Shown in pieces: positions 1 to 9,138 of a DNA stretch of 38,516 nt. A model generated the notes under the pieces. The model worked only from the letters and a program-made list of their open reading frames with translations. It did not search any database and was not told the origin of the DNA. Position numbers and translations under genes: made by a program. The DNA comes from Chthoniobacteraceae bacterium. Lineage in GTDB: Bacteria; Verrucomicrobiota; Verrucomicrobiia; Chthoniobacterales; Chthoniobacteraceae. How positions within the stretch are numbered: position 1 is the first letter of the stretch; each line of letters starts with the position of its first letter. The DNA lies in the NCBI GenBank assembly GCA_031409655.1, contig JANNXQ010000237.1, positions 1 to 38,516 on the forward strand, read 5' to 3'.

Positions 1-349
<349 letters not shown>

Positions 350-596
350 AGTTTGCGCAGCGCTCGCTAAAAGCGCTGCAAATTCTGACCGATTGGTTCC
401 TGCCTAACACTGAGGTTAAGCAGGGTTTGTTCGATCTTTAATTTTTGTGAGTCTTGCGACTCGATTTTTGGTTCAAAGATTTGACGTATAACGCACAATT
501 CAATTTTTGCTTTTCATGACCGTTCTGAGTTTTTGCGGAAACCTCATGATGCGCTTGGCACATCAAATTCATCGCTTGAAAACTCACGAATCAGAC

Positions 597-608
597 TATC
601 AAAGAACA
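597..608 (-). promoter_or_regulatory. boxA-like rRNA antitermination site
   Basis: Minus strand TGTTCTTTGATA resembles boxA TGCTCTTTAACA and lies in the rrn leader. Confidence 0.65.
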
Positions 609-770
609 ACTGCTCTTACACTACTTTCCTTACTGCTTGCTTTTTCACTTCTCTTATAACCCGATGCATTTCGCATAGAGTTTTTCAGTTCCGCATCAAG
701 CTTAGCATTGGAGCCGAAGTAGTGAAGAACGAACTGCTTTTCAGCAGCCCCGCTTCGTTACGGGAGGCGG

Positions 771-820
771 AGACTAGCGGGCTGCTTTGCTTGGTCAACG
801 AGATTTTCAAACTTTTTTTA
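771..820 (-). promoter_or_regulatory. rRNA promoter P2 (sigma70 type) with UP-like element
   Basis: TTGACC (798-793), 16-bp spacer, TAGTCT (776-771), GC-rich discriminator CCGCCTCCC, and upstream A-tract TAAAAAAAGTTTGAAAATCT. Confidence 0.8.
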
Positions 821-886
821 ATCTCACTCACTTCACTCAGCACTGCCCGCCGCTTTCGCGACTGCCCGTTTTGCTGCGGGGGGCGG

Positions 887-940
887 AAAGTAGCAACTCA
901 TCCAAGAGCGGCAAGAGCTTTTTGAGATATTTTTCTGAAA
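887..940 (-). promoter_or_regulatory. rRNA promoter P1 (sigma70 type) with UP-like element
   Basis: TTGCCG (914-909), 16-bp spacer, TACTTT (892-887), discriminator CCGCCCCCC, and A-rich upstream TTTCAGAAAAATATCTCAAAAAG. Confidence 0.75.
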
Positions 941-1049
941 CCCGTTTCGGCACTGGGAACGGCGTTGGAGATGCGGGGATTTCCATCGCTCGGAAGGTAG
1001 CTGATCGCAGAGTGGCGGAGCCGCGGAAGGAGACCACGAGCGACTGGGA

Positions 1050-1208
1050 TCAATATCCGGCACGCTCGAAGAAAACGCTCTCGGGCGGTGCGGGTGGCGC
1101 GATCGCGCGCTCTGGATTTCTGTCGCGGTAGTATTTCACCGCCGCCCCAACGGTGAGGGCGAGGATGACCACGACGATCAGACGGATTTCATCGGCGCTC
1201 AATCTCAC
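1050..1208 (-). CDS. 52-aa single-pass membrane protein (absent from ORF track)
   Basis: Hand translation MRLSADEIRLIVVVILALTVGAAVKYYRDRNPERAIAPPAPPESVFFERAGY*. The GTG start overlaps the KTSC TGA stop (GTGA). Confidence 0.65.
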   Translation of the reverse strand: MRLSADEIRLIVVVILALTVGAAVKYYRDRNPERAIAPPAPPESVFFERAGY

Positions 1209-1516
1209 GACTTCCTCCCCGGCACGCGGTCGAAAGCGAATCTCCCGCGGATGTGCTGGGCAAAATAGCGCCCTTTTGAGTCGGCGCTCATCAACTGACG
1301 ATAGACCGTGTGCGAGACGCCACGGTATTGGTAAACGGTTCCGTCTCGAAATTCGATCTCGAGGGTGGACGTTGTCCGGTCGTATCCGACGCTCGTAAGA
1401 TGCGTCGAAACCACTGGAATCCTCTGCGTTTCAGCGGAGGCCGGTGGAGCAGCCCGAGCGCGTGCGACCCACCACATTCCGGCAGCGCTGGCCTGGAAAA
1501 AGTGCCTCCTCGTCAT
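1205..1516 (-). CDS. KTSC domain protein with Tat-like signal peptide
   Basis: KTSC pattern V.S..L.SVGYD....LEIEFRDG.VYQY.GV...VY..LM.A.SKGRYF...IRG.F; N-terminus MTRRHFF...ARA. Confidence 0.88.
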   Translation of the reverse strand: MTRRHFFQASAAGMWWVARARAAPPASAETQRIPVVSTHLTSVGYDRTTSTLEIEFRDGTVYQYRGVSHTVYRQLMSADSKGRYFAQHIRGRFAFDRVPGRKS

Positions 1517-1624
1517 AGGAAAAGGCTATGCAACATCCGCCCCTCCTGGCCAGCGCTTTTCCGTCGTTTGGATTCGTCTTTGGTATTCCCATCGCTCGCC
1601 TCTCTGGATACTTCTGCTCGCCCC

Positions 1625-2098
1625 ATGGATTGGAATCACTGGACCCCACGCGAGCGCGCCAATCTTTGCTTCATCTGCAAAGCAGGGCGAGTCCTTCTGA
1701 TTCGGAAGAAACGCGGACTCGGCGCCGGAAAAATCAATGGGCCGGGAGGGAAAATCGAGCCGGGCGAGACAGCGCTGGCCTCGGCCATCCGCGAGACGCA
1801 GGAGGAAGTGGGGGTCACGCCTCTCGCCGTCACGGAGCGCGGCATTCTGCATTTCCAATTCACCGACGGCTATAGCCTCCACTGCACGGTGTTCGTGGCG
1901 GGGGACTTTGCTGGCGAACCGATCGAGACGGAGGAGGCGGTGCCGTTGTGGTTCCCGATCGGCGCGATTCCGTTCGACGAAATGTGGGCGGATGACCGGC
2001 ACTGGCTGCCCGAGGTGCTGGCCGGGCGGAGCTTCCGCGGCTGGTTCGTTTTCGCCGGGGATGAAATGCTGAGCCGCGACGTGCGGCTGCTCGACTAG
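1625..2098 (+). CDS. Nudix hydrolase, 8-oxo-dGTP diphosphatase (MTH1/MutT-like)
   Basis: Nudix box GGKIEPGETALASAIRETQEEVG; MTH1-like KKRGLG and MWADD motifs; start taken at ATG 1625. Confidence 0.88.
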   Translation: MDWNHWTPRERANLCFICKAGRVLLIRKKRGLGAGKINGPGGKIEPGETALASAIRETQEEVGVTPLAVTERGILHFQFTDGYSLHCTVFVAGDFAGEPIETEEAVPLWFPIGAIPFDEMWADDRHWLPEVLAGRSFRGWFVFAGDEMLSRDVRLLD

Positions 2099-2125
2099 CG
2101 CGGCGTCGTTCGCTACGGAGACCGC

Positions 2126-3058
2126 ATGCAAACTCTCCCCCTCGGCCGCGGCGCCTTGCTCAGCAGCCGGCTCGCCTACGGATGCTGGCGCGTCGCTCCC
2201 GGCAAGGATTTTCTGGAAAATCTCGACGTCGCCCGTCGTGCCGTCACCGCGGCTTTGGAGGCTGGCTACACGCTTTTCGATCACGCGGACATCTACTGCG
2301 GGGGACGGGCGGAAGAGGTCTTCGGCGAACTTTTGCGGGAATCCCCCGGGATGCGTGAGCAGATCGTGTTGGCGACAAAGTGCGGCATCCGGGTGGCGGG
2401 CGACCCTTCGCCCGACTCTCCGACGCGCTACGAATTCTCGGCAGAATACATCGCCCGGCAATGCGAACACTCACTGCGCCGGCTGAGCGTTGATTGTATC
2501 GATCTCTACCAACTCCATCGGCCCGATTGGCTGATGGACGCGGACGAGGTCGCGGAGGCGCTCGAGAAGCTGCAGCGCGCCGGAAAAGTTCGTGAGTTCG
2601 GGGTCAGCAATTTCTCGCCCGCGCAGGTCTCGCTGCTCCAGCAAGCGTGCGCGCAGCCGCTGGCCGTGAATCAAGTGGAGATCAGCCTGGCGCAGCTTTC
2701 CACCCTCTCCGACGGGACCCTCGATCAGTGTCAGGCGCAGAAGATCACGCCGCTCGCCTGGAGCCCGCTGGCGGGCGGATTGCTCGGAGATGGCGGGAAG
2801 GATCTCCTCCCGGGGCAGCAGGGTTATCGCCCGGAGAAAATCGTCACCGCGCTCGACCAGATCGCCAACGCTCGCGGGACTTCGCGGACGGTCATCGCGC
2901 TGGCCTGGTTGCTCCTCCATCCTGCGAAAATCATCCCGATCATTGGCAGCACCGGCCCGGCGCGAATCCGGGAGGCAGCGAAGGCCACCGAGTGCGAGCT
3001 GAGCCGGGAGGAATGGTATCGCCTCTTCACCATCGCCCGCGGCGAACCGCTGCCGTGA
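2126..3058 (+). CDS. aldo/keto reductase (YdhF-like)
   Basis: FDHADIY, ATKCG, LYQLHRPD, GVSNF, NQVEIS and AWSPLAGG motifs. Confidence 0.92.
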   Translation: MQTLPLGRGALLSSRLAYGCWRVAPGKDFLENLDVARRAVTAALEAGYTLFDHADIYCGGRAEEVFGELLRESPGMREQIVLATKCGIRVAGDPSPDSPTRYEFSAEYIARQCEHSLRRLSVDCIDLYQLHRPDWLMDADEVAEALEKLQRAGKVREFGVSNFSPAQVSLLQQACAQPLAVNQVEISLAQLSTLSDGTLDQCQAQKITPLAWSPLAGGLLGDGGKDLLPGQQGYRPEKIVTALDQIANARGTSRTVIALAWLLLHPAKIIPIIGSTGPARIREAAKATECELSREEWYRLFTIARGEPLP

Positions 3059-3083
3059 GGTTTGGAGCGTTCTTATTTTAGCT

Positions 3084-3935
3084 ATGGCGCGCATCTTCAT
3101 CGCTGGCTGCGGATTCGTGGGTCTGGCCACCGCGCGGCTTTTCCAGGCGCGCGGCTGGGAAGTCCTCGCCGGCACGCACACGCCGGAATCAGCGGCGCAG
3201 CTTGCTGGCGAGCCGTTCGCCGCGCTCCCCGTCGATATCGCCGATCCCACGGCCCTGGCCGCGCGCCCGGAACTCCGCGACCTCGACGCCGTCATCCATT
3301 GCGCCAGTTCGGGACGCGGCGGGGCAGACGCCTATCGCCGCGTCTATCTGGAGGGCGTGAAAAATCTCGCAACGGCGCTGGCTCCGAAGCGGCTCGTCTT
3401 CACTGGGAGCACGTCCGTTTACATCCAAACGGATGGCGAATGGGTCACCGAGGCGAGCGAAGCGCTCCCGGATCGCGAAACGGGCCGCGTCTTGCGGGAA
3501 GCCGAGGACGCGGTCCTCGCTGGCGGTGGCAGCGTCGCCCGACTCGCGGGGATCTACGGGCCGGCGCGTTCGGTTCTCCTTAAAAAATTCCTCGCTGGCG
3601 AAGCCGTCATCGAGGGCGACGGCGGGCGGTGGATCAATCAAATCCATCGCGATGATGCCGCCACGGCGCTGCTGGCGCTCGTGGAATCCGAAGCGGGCGG
3701 CGTTTTCAACGTCACCGACGACGAGCCCATGACCCAGCGGGCCGCCTACGAATGGCTCGCCGACCATTTTCAGAAGCCGCTCCCGCCGTCCGGCCCCATC
3801 CCCAAGGACCGCAAGCGCGGCTGGACCAGCAAGCGCGTCAGCAACGCCAAACTCCGCGCCCTCGGTTGGGCGCCGCAGTATCCCTCCTTTCCGCAAGCCG
3901 TCGCCGCGACCGGCACACTGCTCGCCGGCTTCTGA
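3084..3935 (+). CDS. NAD-dependent epimerase/atypical SDR oxidoreductase
   Basis: IAGCGFVG Rossmann motif, STSVY, RLAGIYGP, IHRDD. Confidence 0.88.
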   Translation: MARIFIAGCGFVGLATARLFQARGWEVLAGTHTPESAAQLAGEPFAALPVDIADPTALAARPELRDLDAVIHCASSGRGGADAYRRVYLEGVKNLATALAPKRLVFTGSTSVYIQTDGEWVTEASEALPDRETGRVLREAEDAVLAGGGSVARLAGIYGPARSVLLKKFLAGEAVIEGDGGRWINQIHRDDAATALLALVESEAGGVFNVTDDEPMTQRAAYEWLADHFQKPLPPSGPIPKDRKRGWTSKRVSNAKLRALGWAPQYPSFPQAVAATGTLLAGF

Positions 3936-3937
3936 CC

Positions 3938-4579
3938 TCAAGCGTGCGCGTCTGGCAGCCGGAGCAGCGTGGGCCGCTGCGAACTGAGGCGGATCAGCGC
4001 GTCCCCCTTCCCCCGGTCGATCTCGATCACCCGCGTGATTTCCAGGGCAAAAAGGATCCGCTCCCGCTCCTTCCCGTCAGGGATGTCATAGCCGACCACG
4101 GACATCGGCAGCTTCCCGAAGTCTGCGAGCCGCGCGAGGAAGCTGCCGGCTTGGGCGAGTTCCGCTTCCGTGAGCCGCTGCCGCACCGTCAGCGTGCTCC
4201 ACACCGCCAGCGTCGCGCGCGGCGTCGCGAGCAGGAAATCTTCCACGATCTCGCGCGGCGGTTTGCTGTCGCGCGGCCAATCATTGGGCGTGAGTCGCCG
4301 GTCGATCCACGCATAAACGAGCAGGCAAATCGCCGCCGTCACATAGACGATGGCAAAGCCCCCGGGCATCGCCGTGTCCTCTCCATTGGCGACCGTCAGG
4401 AAGAGCAGCGTGAGCCACTGGCCAACCACGTAGATCGCCGTCCAGAGCGCCACGGCGCCCGCGAGAGTTGCGAGCGAAAGCAGGAGCACCCGCCGATTAT
4501 GCTCCGCGAAATGACGCCGGAGCGCCGCGGTGATTTCGGCGGGCGTCGGGGCGGAATCGGTGGAAAGTTCGGACGCCAC
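3938..4579 (-). CDS. hypothetical membrane protein
   Basis: Two or three hydrophobic segments followed by a helical C-terminal domain. Start is uncertain (GTG at 4579 or 4588). Stop is convergent with the SDR gene, 2 bp apart. Confidence 0.65.
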   Translation of the reverse strand: MASELSTDSAPTPAEITAALRRHFAEHNRRVLLLSLATLAGAVALWTAIYVVGQWLTLLFLTVANGEDTAMPGGFAIVYVTAAICLLVYAWIDRRLTPNDWPRDSKPPREIVEDFLLATPRATLAVWSTLTVRQRLTEAELAQAGSFLARLADFGKLPMSVVGYDIPDGKERERILFALEITRVIEIDRGKGDALIRLSSQRPTLLRLPDAHA

Positions 4580-4821
4580 GGTCGGCACCTTAGAGAGGAC
4601 CTCGGCGCAAAAAACAAGATTTGGGTGGACGACCGCCGGTCCACGCCCAACCCTCCGCCCAGAATGGAGCCGCCACGAAACTGTGCCGCAGGCAAGCACG
4701 CGAAACTCAGCGTCCAGCTCCACACTTTCCATGTTGGCTGATGACGACTGGAGGAACTTTTTTCCCCAGCGAGTCGCATTCGTGCTTTAGCACTGATGCG
4801 AATTCTCGATTTCGCACTGCC

Positions 4822-4851
4822 TTGCCATGCCAGTCAGAATTTTTGTAAATT
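4822..4851 (+). promoter_or_regulatory. putative sigma70 promoter of the polysaccharide operon
   Basis: TTGCCA (4822-4827), 18-bp spacer, TAAATT (4846-4851), in an AT-rich patch just before ATG 4860. Confidence 0.45.
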
Positions 4852-4859
4852 TATCTTTA

Positions 4860-6275
4860 ATGATTTACCGCACTCCACTTTCCCACCGCCCGTCCCTCGG
4901 AACTTCTGCCTTTCCGCTCGCGAGTTCGGTCCGACAAACCCGCGGTCTGGCTTCCGCACTTTCCATCGGTGCGCTGTGCTGCGTCCTCCGTTCCGCAGGC
5001 CTTGCCCAGGATCTCCCCACGCCCAGCCAGCAGCCGCTGGATCTCGGCCCCTCCCTGATGGTCGGTGACGAAAGCATGCTCCCTGAAACGGATGCCGCCG
5101 AGCCCGCAGCGATGGAAGCTGCGGAAAGTCCGGACGCCGTCCTCGACGCGCCAAACCCCGGGCCCTCGGCTTCCAAGTGGAAGTTTTTGCCGCACTTCGA
5201 CATCGGCATTCGCTGGGACGACAACATTTTCATCCAGCCGACGAACGAAACCTCAGACCTCATCTTCACCTTCTCGCCAGGCATCGCGATTGGGTATCTC
5301 GATGAAGAAACGCGCCTCCTGCGCTTTCTCGAGCGCGAGAACCGGGCCAGCCGGATCGATCGCTTCGACGGTCAATTCCTACTCCTCGATTACACGCCAA
5401 GCTTTGTCGTTTTTAGCGACAATGGCTCCGAGGATTCCTTCGATCAGGAGGCGCGATTCGAGGCGCGCTGGCAGCTTCAAAAGCTCTCGCTCGCGGCCCA
5501 GGCCCGCTACATCTCGGTGCGAGAGGCAAATGTGGAATTGAACCAGCGGCTCGAGCGGACCAGCGAAAGCGCGGGCCTCTCCGCCAACTACCAGCTCACC
5601 GAACGCACCTCCATCGAGGTCGGCGGATATTTTCAAAACGATGAATACGAAAACGCCTCCGGCAACACCGAGTATCGCGCTGAAGGCTTCATCGGCTACG
5701 AACTCACGCCCGTCGTAAAATTCGGCCTCGGCGTGGCCTTTGGCGCCGTCGAAGTGGAGAATGCGTCGAATCAAACCTTCGAGCGCGTGCTCGCTCGTGG
5801 CACCTATTCGCTGACCGAAAAGCTGGAAGCATCCGTCCTCGCAGGCGTCGAATTCCGGCAATCCGACGGCGGCGGCGAAGACCGCACGAACCCCATCTTC
5901 GAGATCGATCTCGGCTACCTGCCCGCCGAGGCCACGCGCGTCAGCTTGAACGTCTCGCGCCAGGTCCTCTCCTCGATCTCCGAGCCGGCGGAATTTGTCA
6001 CCGCCACCGGCTTTGCCCTGCGCTTCTCCCGGATGCTGCGCGATGGCGTCCGCCTTACGGCCGAGGGCGGCTACCGGAATTCGGAGTACTCGGACTCCGG
6101 CATCGGCGAGCCGCGCTCGGACGACTACGTTTACGGACAGGTCGCGCTTCAGTATAATTTTGCCACTTGGGGCAGCGCCTCGGTCAGCTACGAGTATCGG
6201 CAAAACGATTCATCGCGCTCCGAATCCGACTTCACGAACAACCAGATCGCCTTCGGATTTAGCGTCACGTTCTAA
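4860..6275 (+). CDS. outer-membrane beta-barrel for polysaccharide export (BBP2/EpsX-like)
   Basis: Signal-like segment ending AGLA-Q, WDDNIF motif, alternating amphipathic strands, C-terminal FSVTF; first gene before wza-wzc. Start may be 4827. Confidence 0.8.
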   Translation: MIYRTPLSHRPSLGTSAFPLASSVRQTRGLASALSIGALCCVLRSAGLAQDLPTPSQQPLDLGPSLMVGDESMLPETDAAEPAAMEAAESPDAVLDAPNPGPSASKWKFLPHFDIGIRWDDNIFIQPTNETSDLIFTFSPGIAIGYLDEETRLLRFLERENRASRIDRFDGQFLLLDYTPSFVVFSDNGSEDSFDQEARFEARWQLQKLSLAAQARYISVREANVELNQRLERTSESAGLSANYQLTERTSIEVGGYFQNDEYENASGNTEYRAEGFIGYELTPVVKFGLGVAFGAVEVENASNQTFERVLARGTYSLTEKLEASVLAGVEFRQSDGGGEDRTNPIFEIDLGYLPAEATRVSLNVSRQVLSSISEPAEFVTATGFALRFSRMLRDGVRLTAEGGYRNSEYSDSGIGEPRSDDYVYGQVALQYNFATWGSASVSYEYRQNDSSRSESDFTNNQIAFGFSVTF

Positions 6276-6287
6276 ACCATCCCGCCT

Positions 6288-6893
6288 ATGAAAGCCCGCC
6301 TCCTGCGCCTGCTCTGCGCCGTTTTCGTTTTCTGCGGAGCCGCAGCCAGCGCCCAACTCCCAGCCCCAGTCGCCCCGCGCTCCGACTCCACGCCTGGCTA
6401 CATCCTCGTGCCGAATGACGTCATCGCCGTGAAAGTCTTCGACGAAGCGGAACTCGATACCACGGCCCGCATCGCCGAAGACGGCGCCATCTCCATGCCG
6501 CTCATTGGCTCCGTCTCGGTGCGGGGGAAGACCGCCGAGCAGGCGGCCCGTGCCATCCGCGACCGGCTCGCCGAGCGTTTCCTCGTGAATCCCCAGGTCA
6601 GCGTGATGGTCACCGAAGCCACCAAGCGCCTCTTCACCGTGCTCGGCCAGGTCCAGCGCCCCGGCACCTATCGCTTCCCCGATCGCAGCAGTCTGAACCT
6701 CATCCAAGTCATCGGCATGGCCGGTGGCTACACCCGCCTCGCGGATGCCGGTCGCATCACCCTGAAGCGCACCGTGAACCGCAAGGAAACGGTCTTCAAA
6801 CTCGACGCCAAGAAAATGGCCAAGGACGAGTCCAGCAAAGCTTTCGAGATCGAGCCCGGGGACATCATCTCCGTCGGCGAACGATTGTTCTAA
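6288..6893 (+). CDS. wza: short polysaccharide export (OPX) protein, Poly_export + SLBB
   Basis: DVIAVKVFDE...DGAISMPLIG, VLGQVQRPG, AGGYT, IEPGDII.VGERLF; only 201 aa. Confidence 0.9.
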   Translation: MKARLLRLLCAVFVFCGAAASAQLPAPVAPRSDSTPGYILVPNDVIAVKVFDEAELDTTARIAEDGAISMPLIGSVSVRGKTAEQAARAIRDRLAERFLVNPQVSVMVTEATKRLFTVLGQVQRPGTYRFPDRSSLNLIQVIGMAGGYTRLADAGRITLKRTVNRKETVFKLDAKKMAKDESSKAFEIEPGDIISVGERLF

Positions 6894-6896
6894 ACT

Positions 6897-9086
6897 ATGG
6901 ATCCAGTCGACCCCAACGATACCCCCGCCACCTTCGCCGCGGATCTCCGGGCGACCTTCGAATCCCTGCGGGAAAGGCTCTGGCTCATCCTGCTCTGTGC
7001 GGCCGCCGCGGGAGCGCTCGGGTATTTCCAGGCCGAGCGCAGTCCGCGGATTTACGCCTCGCAGGTCACCGTGCAGGTCGAAAATGCGGAGCAGAAAATC
7101 CTCAAGATCGATGGCGTCACGTCGGATGATTTGAAGTCGCTCGAGGTCCTCTCGACCATCGAGCAAAATCTCACCAGCCCCGAGTTGCTGCTCCGCGTCA
7201 TCGAGCGCAACAAGCTGGAGCTAAACGCCAACTTCCTGCCAGATGTGCGCCGTCCGGTGACCGCCAATCAGCTCCGCGAAGTGCTCACCACGCGGATCGC
7301 CGCCAAAGTCCGGCGCGGCACCCGGCTGATCGACGTAAAAGTCGAGGACGCCGATCCGAAGATGGCCCAGCAGATCGCCGGATATCTGGTCCGTGAGTTT
7401 GAAACGCAGGGCTACGAAGGCCGACTCGAAGCTTCGCAGAGCGCCAATGAATTTCTGATCCGCGAAGCCGAGCGGCTGAAGATGCGCCTCGAAAAATCCG
7501 AAGGCGCGCTGCAGACCTACAAGGAGAAGCATTCCGCCGTCTCGCTCGAGGACAAGCAGAACGTGACCGCCGAGAAGCTCAAGGAACTCAACCAGCGCGT
7601 CACCGAAGCAAAGTCTGACCGGCTCAAGCTCGAGAGCGACAATGCGCTCATCAAGAGCCTCACCGACCAGCCCACCGAGAAACTTCTTTCCGTGCCGAGC
7701 GTCGCCGCCTCGCAGCCCGTCGTGGAGCTGAAGAAGACGATCTCGGAGAAGCAGGCGCTCTTCGCCACCCTCACGCAACGCTACAAATCCGAGCACCCGA
7801 AATACACTGCCGCGCAGAGCGAACTCTCCGGCCTCCGCAATGGGCTGGAGACCGCCATCCGCCGCGCCGCCGAAGTCGTCGCCTCCTCCTATGCGACCGC
7901 CGTGGAGACGGAGAAAAAGATGGAAGGCGCGCTCAGCGAGCAAGGCCTGAGCGCCCTGGATCTCAGCAAACTCGCGATCCCCTACAACGCCCTGCTCCGC
8001 GACGTGGAATCCGACCGCGTCCTCTACGAATCCGTGCTCGCGCGTTTGAAGGAAACCGACGTGACCAAAGGCGTGACGCAGAGCCCCATCCGCGTCGTTT
8101 CGCGCCCGCTGCTTCCGGAGAAGCCGATCAAGCCCAACAAGCCGCGCATCCTCCTCTCCAGCATCTTCGCTGGCCTCACCGTCGGCATCGCCATCACCGT
8201 GCTCCTGCGGATGCTCGATGGCTCCTTCAAAACCGCCGACGACGCCGAACGCCGCCTCGGCCTGCGCGCCCTGGGCGTCATCCCCGAGTGCGTCGAGATG
8301 AAGTCGCGCACCGACGAACCGCTGCTCTCCTCCAATCCCGAGTCTTCCGCCGCCGAAGCCTTCCGCGCCCTGCGCACCTCGCTCTCGCTGCTCGGCAAGA
8401 CTGGGAGCCAGCCGAAGACCTTCCTTTTCACCAGCGCCCTCCCGGCCGAGGGCAAAAGCTCGTGCGCGATCAACTGCGCCATGGCCTTTGCGCAGCAAGG
8501 TCTGAAGACGCTGCTCATCGACGCCGACATCCGCATCCCGACGCTCGCCACCACCTTCTTCGGCAGCGAGCACGAGCAAGGGCTCATCGACGTGCTCACG
8601 CACCAGATGCACTTTCAGGACGCCATCCGCATCCCGGGCATTCCGCACCTCCATCTCCTCTGCGCCGGCACCCGCACTTCCTCTCCGGCGGAAGTTCTCG
8701 GCAATGGTGAATTCGCCCGAATCGTCGCGCGCGCCCGCAGCGATTTCGACCGCGTGGTCATCGATAGCGCGCCGATCCACGCGGTGCCGGACACGCAGCT
8801 CCTCGCCGGTCATGTCGATGCCACTGTGCTCGTGATCAAAGCGAACCGCACGCCCGCCGAAGCCGCCGCACGCGCCGTCCGCAAGCTCACCGAAGCCGGA
8901 TCGAAACCCGTCGGTTTCATCTTCAACCGCGTCCCGCCACGCGGCCTCTCCTACTACGACCAGCGCTACACGCTCGCGGGCTACGGGCCCAAGCCAAAGA
9001 CGGAGACGAAGGGCACTCCCGCTCTGGCCAAAACCACGCGCGGAGCCCTCCCCTCCCCTGCGGCGCAACCTCCCGCAGCCCGCTGA
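6897..9086 (+). CDS. wzc: polysaccharide copolymerase / BY-kinase (Wzc/GumC)
   Basis: Two TM segments around a coiled-coil domain; EAFRALRT, Walker A ALPAEGKS, LLIDAD, VVIDSAP; Tyr-containing tail YYDQRY..GY. Confidence 0.93.
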   Translation: MDPVDPNDTPATFAADLRATFESLRERLWLILLCAAAAGALGYFQAERSPRIYASQVTVQVENAEQKILKIDGVTSDDLKSLEVLSTIEQNLTSPELLLRVIERNKLELNANFLPDVRRPVTANQLREVLTTRIAAKVRRGTRLIDVKVEDADPKMAQQIAGYLVREFETQGYEGRLEASQSANEFLIREAERLKMRLEKSEGALQTYKEKHSAVSLEDKQNVTAEKLKELNQRVTEAKSDRLKLESDNALIKSLTDQPTEKLLSVPSVAASQPVVELKKTISEKQALFATLTQRYKSEHPKYTAAQSELSGLRNGLETAIRRAAEVVASSYATAVETEKKMEGALSEQGLSALDLSKLAIPYNALLRDVESDRVLYESVLARLKETDVTKGVTQSPIRVVSRPLLPEKPIKPNKPRILLSSIFAGLTVGIAITVLLRMLDGSFKTADDAERRLGLRALGVIPECVEMKSRTDEPLLSSNPESSAAEAFRALRTSLSLLGKTGSQPKTFLFTSALPAEGKSSCAINCAMAFAQQGLKTLLIDADIRIPTLATTFFGSEHEQGLIDVLTHQMHFQDAIRIPGIPHLHLLCAGTRTSSPAEVLGNGEFARIVARARSDFDRVVIDSAPIHAVPDTQLLAGHVDATVLVIKANRTPAEAAARAVRKLTEAGSKPVGFIFNRVPPRGLSYYDQRYTLAGYGPKPKTETKGTPALAKTTRGALPSPAAQPPAAR

Positions 9087-9138
9087 AATCGCGGTCCGCC
9101 GCAGGGCTCCGGAAACCTGCTTCTTTTTCCAAAATCGC

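Noticed and set aside
1528..1545. Possible sigma54 -24/-12 site upstream of KTSC (minus strand AGGGGCGGATGTTGCAT)
   Set aside because: The GG-N10-GC spacing fits, but the -24 element lacks TGGCAC; too weak in GC-rich DNA.
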